A stretch of 35,142 bases of DNA, taken from the IMG/VR virus record IMGVR_UViG_2526164668_000014. The stretch is one strand, 5' to 3'. Under the pieces are notes generated by a model. The model had not been told where the DNA came from, did no database searches, and saw nothing but the letters and a program-made list of their open reading frames with translations. This DNA comes from a virus (lineage: Duplodnaviria > Heunggongvirae > Uroviricota > Caudoviricetes). The translations under genes and the position numbers were made by a program. Positions 16,309 to 25,304 of this stretch are shown piece by piece. Position 1 is the stretch's first letter. Each line of letters begins with the position of its first letter.

Positions 16309-18410
16309 TGCTGAATCAGGAAACCGCAAAGGCAGCACGAACCGATTCAGGTTATATCCTTCGCGCACCGAGACGAATGCGGGTTGCTGATGCCGTTGCT
16401 CAGTATATGCGGGTGCCCATGGGGGCAGGGAACTCAGTCCCGTGGGATCCGCTGGTGGCACCGTATGTTATTGAGCCTATGAACTGCCTGGCCTCGCGTG
16501 AATACGACGCAGTGATATTTGTTGGCCCGGCACGAACCGGCAAGACTATCGGCCTGATTGACGGCTGGGTGATTTACAACGTGATTTGCGATCCTGCTGA
16601 TATGCTGATCATTCAGATGACGGAGGAAAAAGCCCGCGAACACTCCAAAAAACGACTCGCCAGAACGTTTCGCGTCAGCCCGGAAGTGGTCAGTCGCCTG
16701 AGTCCGAACAAAAATGACAACAACGTTTATGACAGAACATTCCTTGCTGGCAACTACCTGAAAATCGGCTGGCCGTCAGTCAATATCATGTCTTCATCAG
16801 ATTATAAATGCGTGGCGCTGACGGATTATGACCGTTTTCCGGAAGATATTGATGGTGAGGGGGATGCCTTCTCTCTTGCCTCAAAACGTACCACCACATT
16901 TATGTCCAGTGGTATGACGCTTGTGGAGAGTTCCCCCGGCAGGGATGTGAAGGATGTGAAATGGCGACGGACTTCACCGCATGAGGCTCCACCAACCACG
17001 GGGATCCTGTCGCTCTATAACCGTGGCGATCGCCGTCGCTGGTACTGGCCCTGTCCACACTGTGGTGAGTATTTTCAGCCCTGCGGCGATGTGGTTGCTG
17101 GTTTCCGTGATATTGCCGATCCTGTGCTGGCAAGTGAGGCGGCTTATATTCAGTGTCCTTCCTGTTCAGGACGGATTTTGCCTGAACAAAAACGCGAGCT
17201 GAACGGACGTGGGGTCTGGTTACGGGATGGTGAATCCATCAATGCAGATGGCAGTCGTTATGGTGATCCCCGGCGTTCACGTATTGCGTCATTCTGGATG
17301 GAGGGTCCGGCAGCTGCTTATCAGACACTCTCGCAACTCGTTTACAAACTGCTTACTGCAGAACAGGAATACGAGACAACCGGAAGTGAAGAGACACTCA
17401 AGACGGTTATCAATACCGACTGGGGATTACCTTATCTTCCCCGCGCCAGCATGGAGCAACGAAAAAGTGAATTGCTTGAGCAGCGGGCAGAGCCAGTTCC
17501 TTCCCGCAGTGTGCCGGATGGCGTTAATTTCCTTGTGGCGACAGTGGATGTGCAGGCGGGACGTCATCGCCGTTTTGTGGTTCAGGTAACGGGCTATGGC
17601 AGCCGTGGCGAACGCTGGATTATTGATCGTTACAACATCACGCAGTCATTGCGCGGTGACAGCGACGGGGAGAGCCAGCGAATTGATCCGGCCAGCTATC
17701 CGGAAGACTGGGATGTCCTGCTGACGGATGTTTTTCATAAAAGCTGGCCGCTGGCCTCCGCCCCTTCTCAACAAATGCGACTGATGGCAATGGCGGTGGA
17801 CTCCGGCGGTGAAGACGGGGTCACTGATAATGCCTATAAATTCTGGCGTCGTTGCCGTCGTGATGGCCTTGGTAAACGTATTTACCTGTTTAAGGGCGAC
17901 AGCATCCGGCGAGCAAAACTGATCACCCGTACATTCCCTGATAACACCGGACGAACGGGCCGACGGGCGCAGGCCGCAGGTGATGTGCCGCTCTGGCTTC
18001 TTCAGACGGATGCCCTGAAAGACCGGGTGAATAACGCGTTATGGCGTGACTCGCCAGGTCCCGGCTATGTGCATTTCCCTGACTGGCTGGGGAGCTGGTT
18101 TTACGACGAACTGACGTATGAAGAGCGGAGCAGTGACGGGAAATGGAGTAAGCCGGGTCGCGGTGCCAACGAAGCTTTTGACCTGATGGTGTATGCCGAG
18201 GCTCTGGTCATTCTGCATGGATACGAAAAGATCCGCTGGCCGGATGCACCGGAGTGGGCGAGCCGGGAAACCTGGCTGGAGTGTGTCCCGGACAGTACCG
18301 AACCGTCACCCTCACCGGAACCGGTACCCACGCCTGTTAAAAAACAAAAACGGAAGAAAACAGTAACTGACGATGTTAACCCCTGGCTGACTTCCGGAGG
18401 ATGGTTATGA
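16308..18410 (+). CDS. Terminase large subunit (gpA family)
   Basis: 700 aa; Walker A-like GPARTGKT; Cys cluster CPHCGEYF...CPSCSGRI. Confidence 0.9.
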   Translation: MLNQETAKAARTDSGYILRAPRRMRVADAVAQYMRVPMGAGNSVPWDPLVAPYVIEPMNCLASREYDAVIFVGPARTGKTIGLIDGWVIYNVICDPADMLIIQMTEEKAREHSKKRLARTFRVSPEVVSRLSPNKNDNNVYDRTFLAGNYLKIGWPSVNIMSSSDYKCVALTDYDRFPEDIDGEGDAFSLASKRTTTFMSSGMTLVESSPGRDVKDVKWRRTSPHEAPPTTGILSLYNRGDRRRWYWPCPHCGEYFQPCGDVVAGFRDIADPVLASEAAYIQCPSCSGRILPEQKRELNGRGVWLRDGESINADGSRYGDPRRSRIASFWMEGPAAAYQTLSQLVYKLLTAEQEYETTGSEETLKTVINTDWGLPYLPRASMEQRKSELLEQRAEPVPSRSVPDGVNFLVATVDVQAGRHRRFVVQVTGYGSRGERWIIDRYNITQSLRGDSDGESQRIDPASYPEDWDVLLTDVFHKSWPLASAPSQQMRLMAMAVDSGGEDGVTDNAYKFWRRCRRDGLGKRIYLFKGDSIRRAKLITRTFPDNTGRTGRRAQAAGDVPLWLLQTDALKDRVNNALWRDSPGPGYVHFPDWLGSWFYDELTYEERSSDGKWSKPGRGANEAFDLMVYAEALVILHGYEKIRWPDAPEWASRETWLECVPDSTEPSPSPEPVPTPVKKQKRKKTVTDDVNPWLTSGGWL

Positions 18411-18619
18411 ATCAGAATGATATTGAAGCCATGATTCAGCGTTATACGGAAGCTGAAATGGCGGTGCTGGACGGAAAATCCGTCACTTTTAATGGTCAGC
18501 AGATGACCATGGAAAACTTATCTGAGATCCGGCAGGGGCGGCAGGAGTGGGAGCGCCGCCTTGCGGCTCTGATTACACGACGACGGGGGCATCCCGGGTA
18601 CCGGCTGGCGAGGTTCTGA
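18407..18619 (+). CDS. W: gpW-like head completion protein
   Basis: About 70 aa; GGAGG SD before the second ATG; ATGA overlap with the terminase stop and TGATG overlap with the portal start. Confidence 0.7.
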   Translation: MNQNDIEAMIQRYTEAEMAVLDGKSVTFNGQQMTMENLSEIRQGRQEWERRLAALITRRRGHPGYRLARF

Positions 18620-20127
18620 TGGCAATTCTTGATGATGTGATTGGCGTTTTTTCACCAGGATGGAAAGCGGCAAGGCTGCGTTCCCGTGCGGTGATCCAGG
18701 CTTATGAGGCCGTAAAAACGACGCGGACACACAAAGCCCGACGGGAGAACCGAACTGCCGACCAGTTAAGCCAGTACGGGGCCGTGTCGTTACGTGAGCA
18801 GGCTCGTTACCTTGATAACAACCACGATCTGGTCATTGGTGTATTTGACAAGCTGGAAGAACGGGTGGTGGGGAAAAACGGGATTATTGTCGAGCCACAT
18901 CCGGTATTACGCAATGGGGCCATTGCCCGTGATCTGGCAGCGGAGATACGTACCCGATGGAGTGAATGGTCTGTCAGTCCGGAGGTCACCGGGCAGTTTA
19001 CCCGTCCGATGCTGGAACGTCTGATGCTGCGTACCTGGCTGCGCGATGGTGAGGTGTTTGCCCAGATGGTTTCCGGGCGCATAAACAGCCTGACGCCTTC
19101 TGCCGGTGTTCATTTCTGGCTGGAGGCGCTCGAGCCGGACTTTATTCCCATGACCAGTGATGAGAGCAACAGGCTGAATCAGGGCGTGTTTGTTGATGAC
19201 TGGGGGCGTCCCGAAAAATATCTGGTGTATAAAAGCCGTCCCGTATCCGGGCGGCAGATGGAAACCAAAGAAGTGGATGCAGAGCGAATGCTGCATCTTA
19301 AATTTGTTCGCCGTCTGCACCAGATGCGCGGGACGTCTTTGTTGTCCGGTGTGCTGATCCGCCTCAGTGCTCTGAAAGAGTATGAAGATTCTGAGCTGAC
19401 TGCAGCAAGGATCGCCGCTGCTCTGGGGATGTACATCCGGAAAGGCGACGGACAGAGCTATGAAACGGATGGTAATGACAGCAAGGAGAATGAACGCGAG
19501 CTTACCATTCAGCCAGGCATTATTTACGACGATCTGAAACCCGGCGAAGAAATCGGAATGGTGAAGTCGGATCGCCCCAATCCTAACCTTGAAACTTTTC
19601 GTAATGGTCAGTTGCGTGCCGTGGCTGCGGGCAGTCGTCTGAGTTTTTCCAGTACAGCGCGCAACTATAACGGCACCTACAGCGCCCAGCGTCAGGAGCT
19701 GGTTGAATCTACTGATGGCTACCTGATCCTGCAGGACTGGTTTATTGGTGCCGTCACCCGCCCGATGTACCGTGCCTGGCTGAAACAGGCTGTGGTATCC
19801 GGTGTTATCAGGCTACCCCGCGATCTGGACCGATCTTCACTGTATACCGCGGTGTATTCCGGACCGGTGATGCCGTGGATTGACCCTGTTAAGGAGGCTG
19901 AGGCCTGGAAAATTCAGATTCGTGGTGGAGCGGCGACAGAATCAGACTGGGTACGTGCAGGTGGTCGTAATCCAGATGATGTCAAACGTCGGCGCAAGGC
20001 CGAAATTGATGAAAACCGCAAGCTGGATCTGGTATTTGATACCGATCCGGCCAGTGATAAAGGAGGCAGCAGTGCCGCAACGAAACGACAGGAGCCGCAG
20101 CACACCGACGACCAGTCCGAAGAATAA
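18619..20127 (+). CDS. B: Portal protein (lambda gpB family)
   Basis: 502 aa from MAILDDVIGVF...; positioned between W and the protease/capsid gene. Confidence 0.85.
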   Translation: MAILDDVIGVFSPGWKAARLRSRAVIQAYEAVKTTRTHKARRENRTADQLSQYGAVSLREQARYLDNNHDLVIGVFDKLEERVVGKNGIIVEPHPVLRNGAIARDLAAEIRTRWSEWSVSPEVTGQFTRPMLERLMLRTWLRDGEVFAQMVSGRINSLTPSAGVHFWLEALEPDFIPMTSDESNRLNQGVFVDDWGRPEKYLVYKSRPVSGRQMETKEVDAERMLHLKFVRRLHQMRGTSLLSGVLIRLSALKEYEDSELTAARIAAALGMYIRKGDGQSYETDGNDSKENERELTIQPGIIYDDLKPGEEIGMVKSDRPNPNLETFRNGQLRAVAAGSRLSFSSTARNYNGTYSAQRQELVESTDGYLILQDWFIGAVTRPMYRAWLKQAVVSGVIRLPRDLDRSSLYTAVYSGPVMPWIDPVKEAEAWKIQIRGGAATESDWVRAGGRNPDDVKRRRKAEIDENRKLDLVFDTDPASDKGGSSAATKRQEPQHTDDQSEE

Positions 20128-20140
20128 TTCCTGGTTCAGG

Positions 20141-22099
20141 ATGCAGGCAGGTCACCAGAGTGACGCGGATATTTATATTTATGACGAGATTGGTTTCTGG
20201 GGTGTTACGGCGAAGCAGTTTATCAGTGATCTGAATGCACTGGGCGATATCACCCACATTAATCTCCATATTAATTCACCGGGTGGCGATGTCTTTGAAG
20301 GCATCGCCATTTTTAATGCACTGAAAACACATGGTGCGTCCATTACCGTTTATGTCGACGGTGTGGCGGCGTCAATGGCGTCGGTCATTGCGATGGTGGG
20401 AAACCCGGTCATTATGCCGGAAAACTCCTTCATGATGATTCATAAACCATTTGGCTTTACGGGCGGTGATGCGGAGGACATGCGCACCTATGCCGACCTG
20501 CTCGATAAAGTTGAGGCGGTTCTGTTACCCGCTTATGCACAGAAAACCGGGAAAACCACAGATGAAATTGCTGCCATGCTGGCGGATGAGACCTGGATGT
20601 CCGGTGCCGAATGTCTGGCACAGGGATTTGCTGATCAGGTGACACCAGCCGTTAAGGCAATGGCATGTATTCAGTCAAAACGTACAGAGGAATTTAAAAA
20701 GATGCCGGAATCCATTCGAAATATGATTACTCCGCCACGCAACAGTGCTCCACGCGTACAGGATGATGGACCTGCAGCCTCCCGGACACCAGTGCAGGCA
20801 GCAGCACCCGTGGTGGATGAAAACAGCATCCGTGCGCAGGTCCTGGCAGAGCAAAAAGCGCGTGTAAACGGTATTAATGATCTGTTTGCCATGTTTGGCG
20901 GGCGTTATCAGTCGTTGCAGGCTCAGTGTCTTGCCGATCCTGAATGTTCGCTGGAGCAGGCCCGCGAAAAGCTGTTGAACGAGATGGGGCGCGAGTCCAC
21001 GCCATCCAATAAAAATACCCCGGCTCATATTTATGCCGGTAACGGTAATTTTGTGGGGGACGGGATCCGCCAGGCGCTGATGGCGCGCGCCGGGTTTGAA
21101 AAAACTGAACGTGATAATGTCTACAACGGGATGACCCTGCGTGAATATGCCCGTATGTCACTGACTGAACGTGGTATTGGTGTTTCCAGTTATAACCCGA
21201 TGCAGATGGTCGGTGCGGCGTTCACACACAGTACGTCTGACTTCGGTAATATTCTGCTGGATGTTGCGAACAAAGCCATTCTGCAGGGCTGGGAAGATGC
21301 CCCTGAAACCTATGAACAGTGGACGCGGAAAGGTCAGTTGTCTGATTTTAAAATTGCCCATCGTGTGGGTATGGGGGGCTTCAGTGCTCTGCGTCAGGTG
21401 CGTGAAGGGGCAGAATATAAATACGTCACCACCGGAGATAAACAGGCCACTATTGCACTGGCGACCTATGGCGAGCTGTTCAGTATCACCCGTCAGGCCA
21501 TTATCAATGATGATCTGAATATGCTGACCGATGTCCCGATGAAGCTGGGCCGTGCGGCGAAATCCACTATTGCCGATCTGGTTTATGCCATTCTGACGTC
21601 TAACCCGAAAATCTCCACAGATAATGTAAGTCTGTTCGATAAAGCGAAACATGCAAACGTACTGGAGAGCGCGGCAATGGACGTGGCATCGCTGGATAAA
21701 GCCCGCCAGTTGATGCGCGTTCAGAAAGAGGGTGAGCGTCATCTGAATATTCGTCCTGCGTTCGTACTGGTACCGACGGCGATGGAGTCTGTTGCTAACC
21801 AGGTCATTCGCTCCTCAAGTGTCAAGGGGGCTGACATTAACGCCGGTATTATTAACCCGGTGAAAGATTTTGCGACCGTTATTGCAGAGCCTCGTCTTGA
21901 TGATAACAGCCAGACCACCTTCTACCTGGCTGCGTCCAAAGGCTCCGATACGATTGAAGTGGCTTATCTCAACGGTGTGGATACGCCATATATTGATCAG
22001 ATGGAGGGCTTCAGTGTGGATGGCGTGACAACGAAAGTGCGTATTGACGCTGGTGTTGCGCCAGTTGATCACCGCGGCCTGGTGAAATGTACGGCGTAA
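20141..22099 (+). CDS. Prohead protease (ClpP/S14-like) fused to major capsid protein
   Basis: 652 aa; N-terminal ClpP-like region with GVAASMASVI serine motif; C-terminal region about 330 aa in the major-capsid position; followed by a terminator. Confidence 0.8.
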   Translation: MQAGHQSDADIYIYDEIGFWGVTAKQFISDLNALGDITHINLHINSPGGDVFEGIAIFNALKTHGASITVYVDGVAASMASVIAMVGNPVIMPENSFMMIHKPFGFTGGDAEDMRTYADLLDKVEAVLLPAYAQKTGKTTDEIAAMLADETWMSGAECLAQGFADQVTPAVKAMACIQSKRTEEFKKMPESIRNMITPPRNSAPRVQDDGPAASRTPVQAAAPVVDENSIRAQVLAEQKARVNGINDLFAMFGGRYQSLQAQCLADPECSLEQAREKLLNEMGRESTPSNKNTPAHIYAGNGNFVGDGIRQALMARAGFEKTERDNVYNGMTLREYARMSLTERGIGVSSYNPMQMVGAAFTHSTSDFGNILLDVANKAILQGWEDAPETYEQWTRKGQLSDFKIAHRVGMGGFSALRQVREGAEYKYVTTGDKQATIALATYGELFSITRQAIINDDLNMLTDVPMKLGRAAKSTIADLVYAILTSNPKISTDNVSLFDKAKHANVLESAAMDVASLDKARQLMRVQKEGERHLNIRPAFVLVPTAMESVANQVIRSSSVKGADINAGIINPVKDFATVIAEPRLDDNSQTTFYLAASKGSDTIEVAYLNGVDTPYIDQMEGFSVDGVTTKVRIDAGVAPVDHRGLVKCTA

Positions 22100-22185
22100 A
22101 CGTCGCAGACAACAACTCTGATGGCCCGTAAGGGCTTTTTTTGTACCTGAAATCAGCCCCTGAACGGGGCTGTGCGGAGACAGTT

Positions 22186-22509
22186 ATGGCAAAGAATTTT
22201 GTAGAAGAAGGAAAAACGGTGGCGATTGTTGCCAGTGCAGCCATCAGCAGCGGAGATCTGGTGCAGGTGGGTGATGTTTTTGCGGTGGCGCTGACCGATA
22301 TTCCACAGGGAGAAACAGGCGACGGCATAACCGAAGGTGTGTTTATGCTGCCTAAGCTGAAAACGGATGACATGAAAACGGGTAAGAAGGTTTATCTGAA
22401 GTCAGGAAAAGTTCAGCTGACTAACAGCGGCTCTGATCCGCTGGTCGGGGTTGTATGGGCAGATGCCGGAACCAGTGCAGAAGAAGTGCCGGTAAAACTC
22501 AATGTCTGA
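22186..22509 (+). CDS. Small head-associated protein (possible decoration or connector protein)
   Basis: 107 aa after GGAGA SD, directly downstream of the capsid gene. Confidence 0.5.
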   Translation: MAKNFVEEGKTVAIVASAAISSGDLVQVGDVFAVALTDIPQGETGDGITEGVFMLPKLKTDDMKTGKKVYLKSGKVQLTNSGSDPLVGVVWADAGTSAEEVPVKLNV

Positions 22510-22777
22510 TCCCTTTTCCCGGCTGGCAGCGCGTATGGATGCGATCACGGTCAGAAAGATGGGAAAGACAGCCTCGATTAATGATGTCGATATGACTGTG
22601 ATCCCGGGAGAAACACTGGCAGAGCTGAATGCTCTGTCCGGACCTGCGGTCTCTCTGGTGGTGTTTTCTTCGGGATACCGCCCACGGCGCGGGGATCGCG
22701 TTGTTTATGACGGACAACAATGGACGGTCACACGGCATGAACGTTTTAACAGTAAGCCAATGATCTTTATTGAGTAA
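22502..22777 (+). CDS. Head-tail joining protein (hypothetical)
   Basis: 91-aa ORF overlapping the previous stop. Confidence 0.5.
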   Translation: MSDPFSRLAARMDAITVRKMGKTASINDVDMTVIPGETLAELNALSGPAVSLVVFSSGYRPRRGDRVVYDGQQWTVTRHERFNSKPMIFIE

Positions 22778-22788
22778 AGAGGTGTGGG

Positions 22789-23367
22789 ATGAAGGGGCTT
22801 GAGAATGCCATCCGCAATCTGAACAGCCTTGATACCCGTATGGTGCCACAGGCCAGCGCATGGGCGATAAACCGTTTGGCACAGAAAGCGGTCTCGGTTG
22901 CCACCCGGCAGGTTGCCGGGAATACCGTTGCGGGAGATAACCAGGTGAAAGGGATCCCCCTGAAACTGGTACGTCAGCGTGTCCGGGTGTTTAAAGCCAG
23001 TCCGTCAGGAAAAATGACGGCCAGGATCCGCGTTAACCGGGGCAATCTGCCCGCCATTAAGCTGGGGACAGCCCGGGTCAGACTGGCCCGGCGTGGTGGA
23101 AAACTGCAGTACCGTGGCAGTGTGCTGAAGGTGGGTAAATATCTTTTCCGGGATGCGTTTATTCAGCAACTGGCGAATGGTCGCTGGCATGTGATGCGAC
23201 GTATTGATGGCAAAAATCGTTACCCCATTGATGTGGTGAAAATCCCGCTGTCCGGACCGCTGACACAGGCATTTGAAGATGCCCGCGACCACATCATTGC
23301 TGCGGAAATGCCGAAACAGCTTGGGTATGCACTGAAACAACAACTGAGGTTATGGCTGACCCGATGA
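22789..23367 (+). CDS. Z: Tail completion protein Z-like
   Basis: 192 aa; conserved GRWHVMRRIDGKNRYPIDVVKIP segment as in lambda Z; gene order. Confidence 0.7.
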   Translation: MKGLENAIRNLNSLDTRMVPQASAWAINRLAQKAVSVATRQVAGNTVAGDNQVKGIPLKLVRQRVRVFKASPSGKMTARIRVNRGNLPAIKLGTARVRLARRGGKLQYRGSVLKVGKYLFRDAFIQQLANGRWHVMRRIDGKNRYPIDVVKIPLSGPLTQAFEDARDHIIAAEMPKQLGYALKQQLRLWLTR

Positions 23368-23765
23368 ACCGACATACACAAATCCGCCAGGCCGTACTGG
23401 CACGCCTTCGGGAACAGTGTGGAGACAGCGCCACGTTTTTTGACGGGCTTCCGGCATTTATTGATGCGCAGGAACTGCCTGCCGTGGCGGTGTGGCTGAG
23501 TGATGCTCAGTACACCGGAAAAATGACGGATGAAGATGACTGGCAGGCTGTTCTGCATATTGCCGTCTTCATCCGGGCACAGGCACCGGATTCAGAGCTG
23601 GATATGTGGATGGAGAGCACCATTTTCCCTGCCCTGAATGATATACCGGCACTTTCCGGACTCATCGACACCCTGATCCCACTCGGTTTTAACTATCAAC
23701 GTGATAATGAGATGGCCACCTGGGCGATGGCGGAAATCACGTACCAGATCACGTACACGAATTAA
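23364..23765 (+). CDS. U: Tail terminator protein U-like
   Basis: MNRHTQIRQAVLARL...ATFFDG...PAVAVWL matches remembered lambda U; ATGA overlap with the Z stop. Confidence 0.75.
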   Translation: MNRHTQIRQAVLARLREQCGDSATFFDGLPAFIDAQELPAVAVWLSDAQYTGKMTDEDDWQAVLHIAVFIRAQAPDSELDMWMESTIFPALNDIPALSGLIDTLIPLGFNYQRDNEMATWAMAEITYQITYTN

Positions 23766-23775
23766 GGAGGTGGTA

Positions 23776-24519
23776 ATGACCACACCAAATCCACTGGCAA
23801 AGACGAAAGGTGCGGGGACGACGTTCTGGATGTATACCGGCAACGGCGATGCGTTTGCGAACCCTTTGTCGGACACTGACTGGCTGCGTCTTGCGATGGT
23901 GAAGGATCTGCAACCTGGCGAAATGACCGCTGATGCAGAAGATGACACTTATCTCGATGATGAAGATGCAGACTGGAAAACGACAACCCAGGGGCAGAAA
24001 TCCGTTGGTGATACTTCGGCGACGCTGGCCTGGCGTCCGGGTGACAGCGGGCAGAAAAAACTGGTTCAGTTGTTCGACTCCGGTGAAGTCTGCGCGTTTC
24101 GTATCAAATATCCCAACGGCACTGTTGATGTTTTCCGTGGCTGGCTGAGCTCACTGGGTAAAACCATTGCCTCAAAAGACGTGATGACCCGCACTGTGAA
24201 AATCAGCGGTGTGGGGCGTCCGTATCTGGCAGAGGAAGGCACTGAAACCGTGAGCGTTACCGGGCTGACAGTATCACCGGCGTCTGCCAGTGTAAAAGTG
24301 GGAGCAACCACCACGCTGACCTTTACAGTAAAACCTGACGGAGCCAGTGACAAAGCGATCAGTGTGCATTCGTCAGATCCACAGACTGCCACGGTTACCC
24401 TGAACGGACTTGTGGCCACGGTAAAAGGCGTGAAGCAGGGCAGTGTCAGCATTGTGGGCATGACCGCTGACGGGAATTTTGTGGCTGTGACTGCGGTGAC
24501 TGTCAGCGCAGCAGGTTAA
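23776..24519 (+). CDS. V: Major tail protein V with C-terminal Ig-like (Big_2) domain
   Basis: AAGGAGG SD; 247 aa; C-terminal TVSPASASVKVGATTTLTFTVKPDGASD... Ig-like repeat. Confidence 0.85.
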   Translation: MTTPNPLAKTKGAGTTFWMYTGNGDAFANPLSDTDWLRLAMVKDLQPGEMTADAEDDTYLDDEDADWKTTTQGQKSVGDTSATLAWRPGDSGQKKLVQLFDSGEVCAFRIKYPNGTVDVFRGWLSSLGKTIASKDVMTRTVKISGVGRPYLAEEGTETVSVTGLTVSPASASVKVGATTTLTFTVKPDGASDKAISVHSSDPQTATVTLNGLVATVKGVKQGSVSIVGMTADGNFVAVTAVTVSAAG

Positions 24520-24539
24520 CAGGACGATACTCATCATTT

Positions 24540-24563
24540 GCCCCGGTTATGCGGGGCTTTTTT
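24540..24563 (+). terminator. Rho-independent terminator between V and G
   Basis: GCCCCG-GTTATG-CGGGGC hairpin followed by TTTTTT. Confidence 0.6.
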
Positions 24564-24576
24564 GCAGGTGGAGAAC

Positions 24577-24966
24577 ATGATGTTTCTGAAACAGGACACG
24601 TTTAATTATGAAAAACAGTCCGTGGTGCTCAGTGAGCTGTCCGGGCTGCAGAGAATTGAATATCTGACGTTTGTTCAGCAGCGAACGGCAAAGTTTGATG
24701 CCGGGGAGGGAGAACTGCCGGAGGCTGAACGACAGATTGCTTTTCTGCGGATGGGGATGGATATCAATGCCTGGCTGGTTTCCCGCTCACTGTGGAATGC
24801 GGATCAGTCTAAGGATGTAGAGACGCTTTGCGCATCCGTTATTACAACATGGTCGTATGATGCCCTGGGTGCGGGGGCGGAGATGGTTCTGTCGCTGAGC
24901 GGTATGGGGGCCATTGATAATGCCGTGGATGATGAGCATGAGGCGCTGACGCCGGAAAAGTCCTGA
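24577..24966 (+). CDS. G: Tail assembly chaperone G
   Basis: MMFLKQDTFNYEKQSVVLSELSGLQRIEYL resembles remembered lambda G (MFLKTESFEHNGVTVTLSELSALQRIEHL). Confidence 0.8.
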   Translation: MMFLKQDTFNYEKQSVVLSELSGLQRIEYLTFVQQRTAKFDAGEGELPEAERQIAFLRMGMDINAWLVSRSLWNADQSKDVETLCASVITTWSYDALGAGAEMVLSLSGMGAIDNAVDDEHEALTPEKS

Positions 24967-25304
24967 CGCGGGAAATGCAGTTTGTCATGCGGCTTGCCCG
25001 GGAGTTCCGGCGGGCAGACTGGCGGCGGATGCTGTCGGAAATGTCTGCCACTGAGCTTGGTGAGTGGGGCGATTATTTCCGGATGCAGAGCTTCAGTGAT
25101 GTGTGGATGGATGCACAGTTTGCCTCGCTGAAGGCATTGATCGTGAGAATGGTGTCCGGCAGCAGTGATGCTGCGGTGGCTGATTTCAGCCTTTTACCGG
25201 AAGAGAACGGGATACCGGAGCGAACGGACGAAGAACTGATGCATCTTGGGGAAGGTATTTCCGGAGGTGTGCGTTATGGACCAGATAGCCAACCTGGTCA
25301 TTGA
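24942..25304 (+). CDS. T: T segment of the G-T chaperone, expected to be expressed by a -1 frameshift from G
   Basis: The -1 frame is open from 24942 and overlaps the last 8 codons of G; candidate slip site GGAAAAG at 24954-24960. Confidence 0.6.
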   Translation, partial: GADAGKVLTREMQFVMRLAREFRRADWRRMLSEMSATELGEWGDYFRMQSFSDVWMDAQFASLKALIVRMVSGSSDAAVADFSLLPEENGIPERTDEELMHLGEGISGGVRYGPDSQPGH

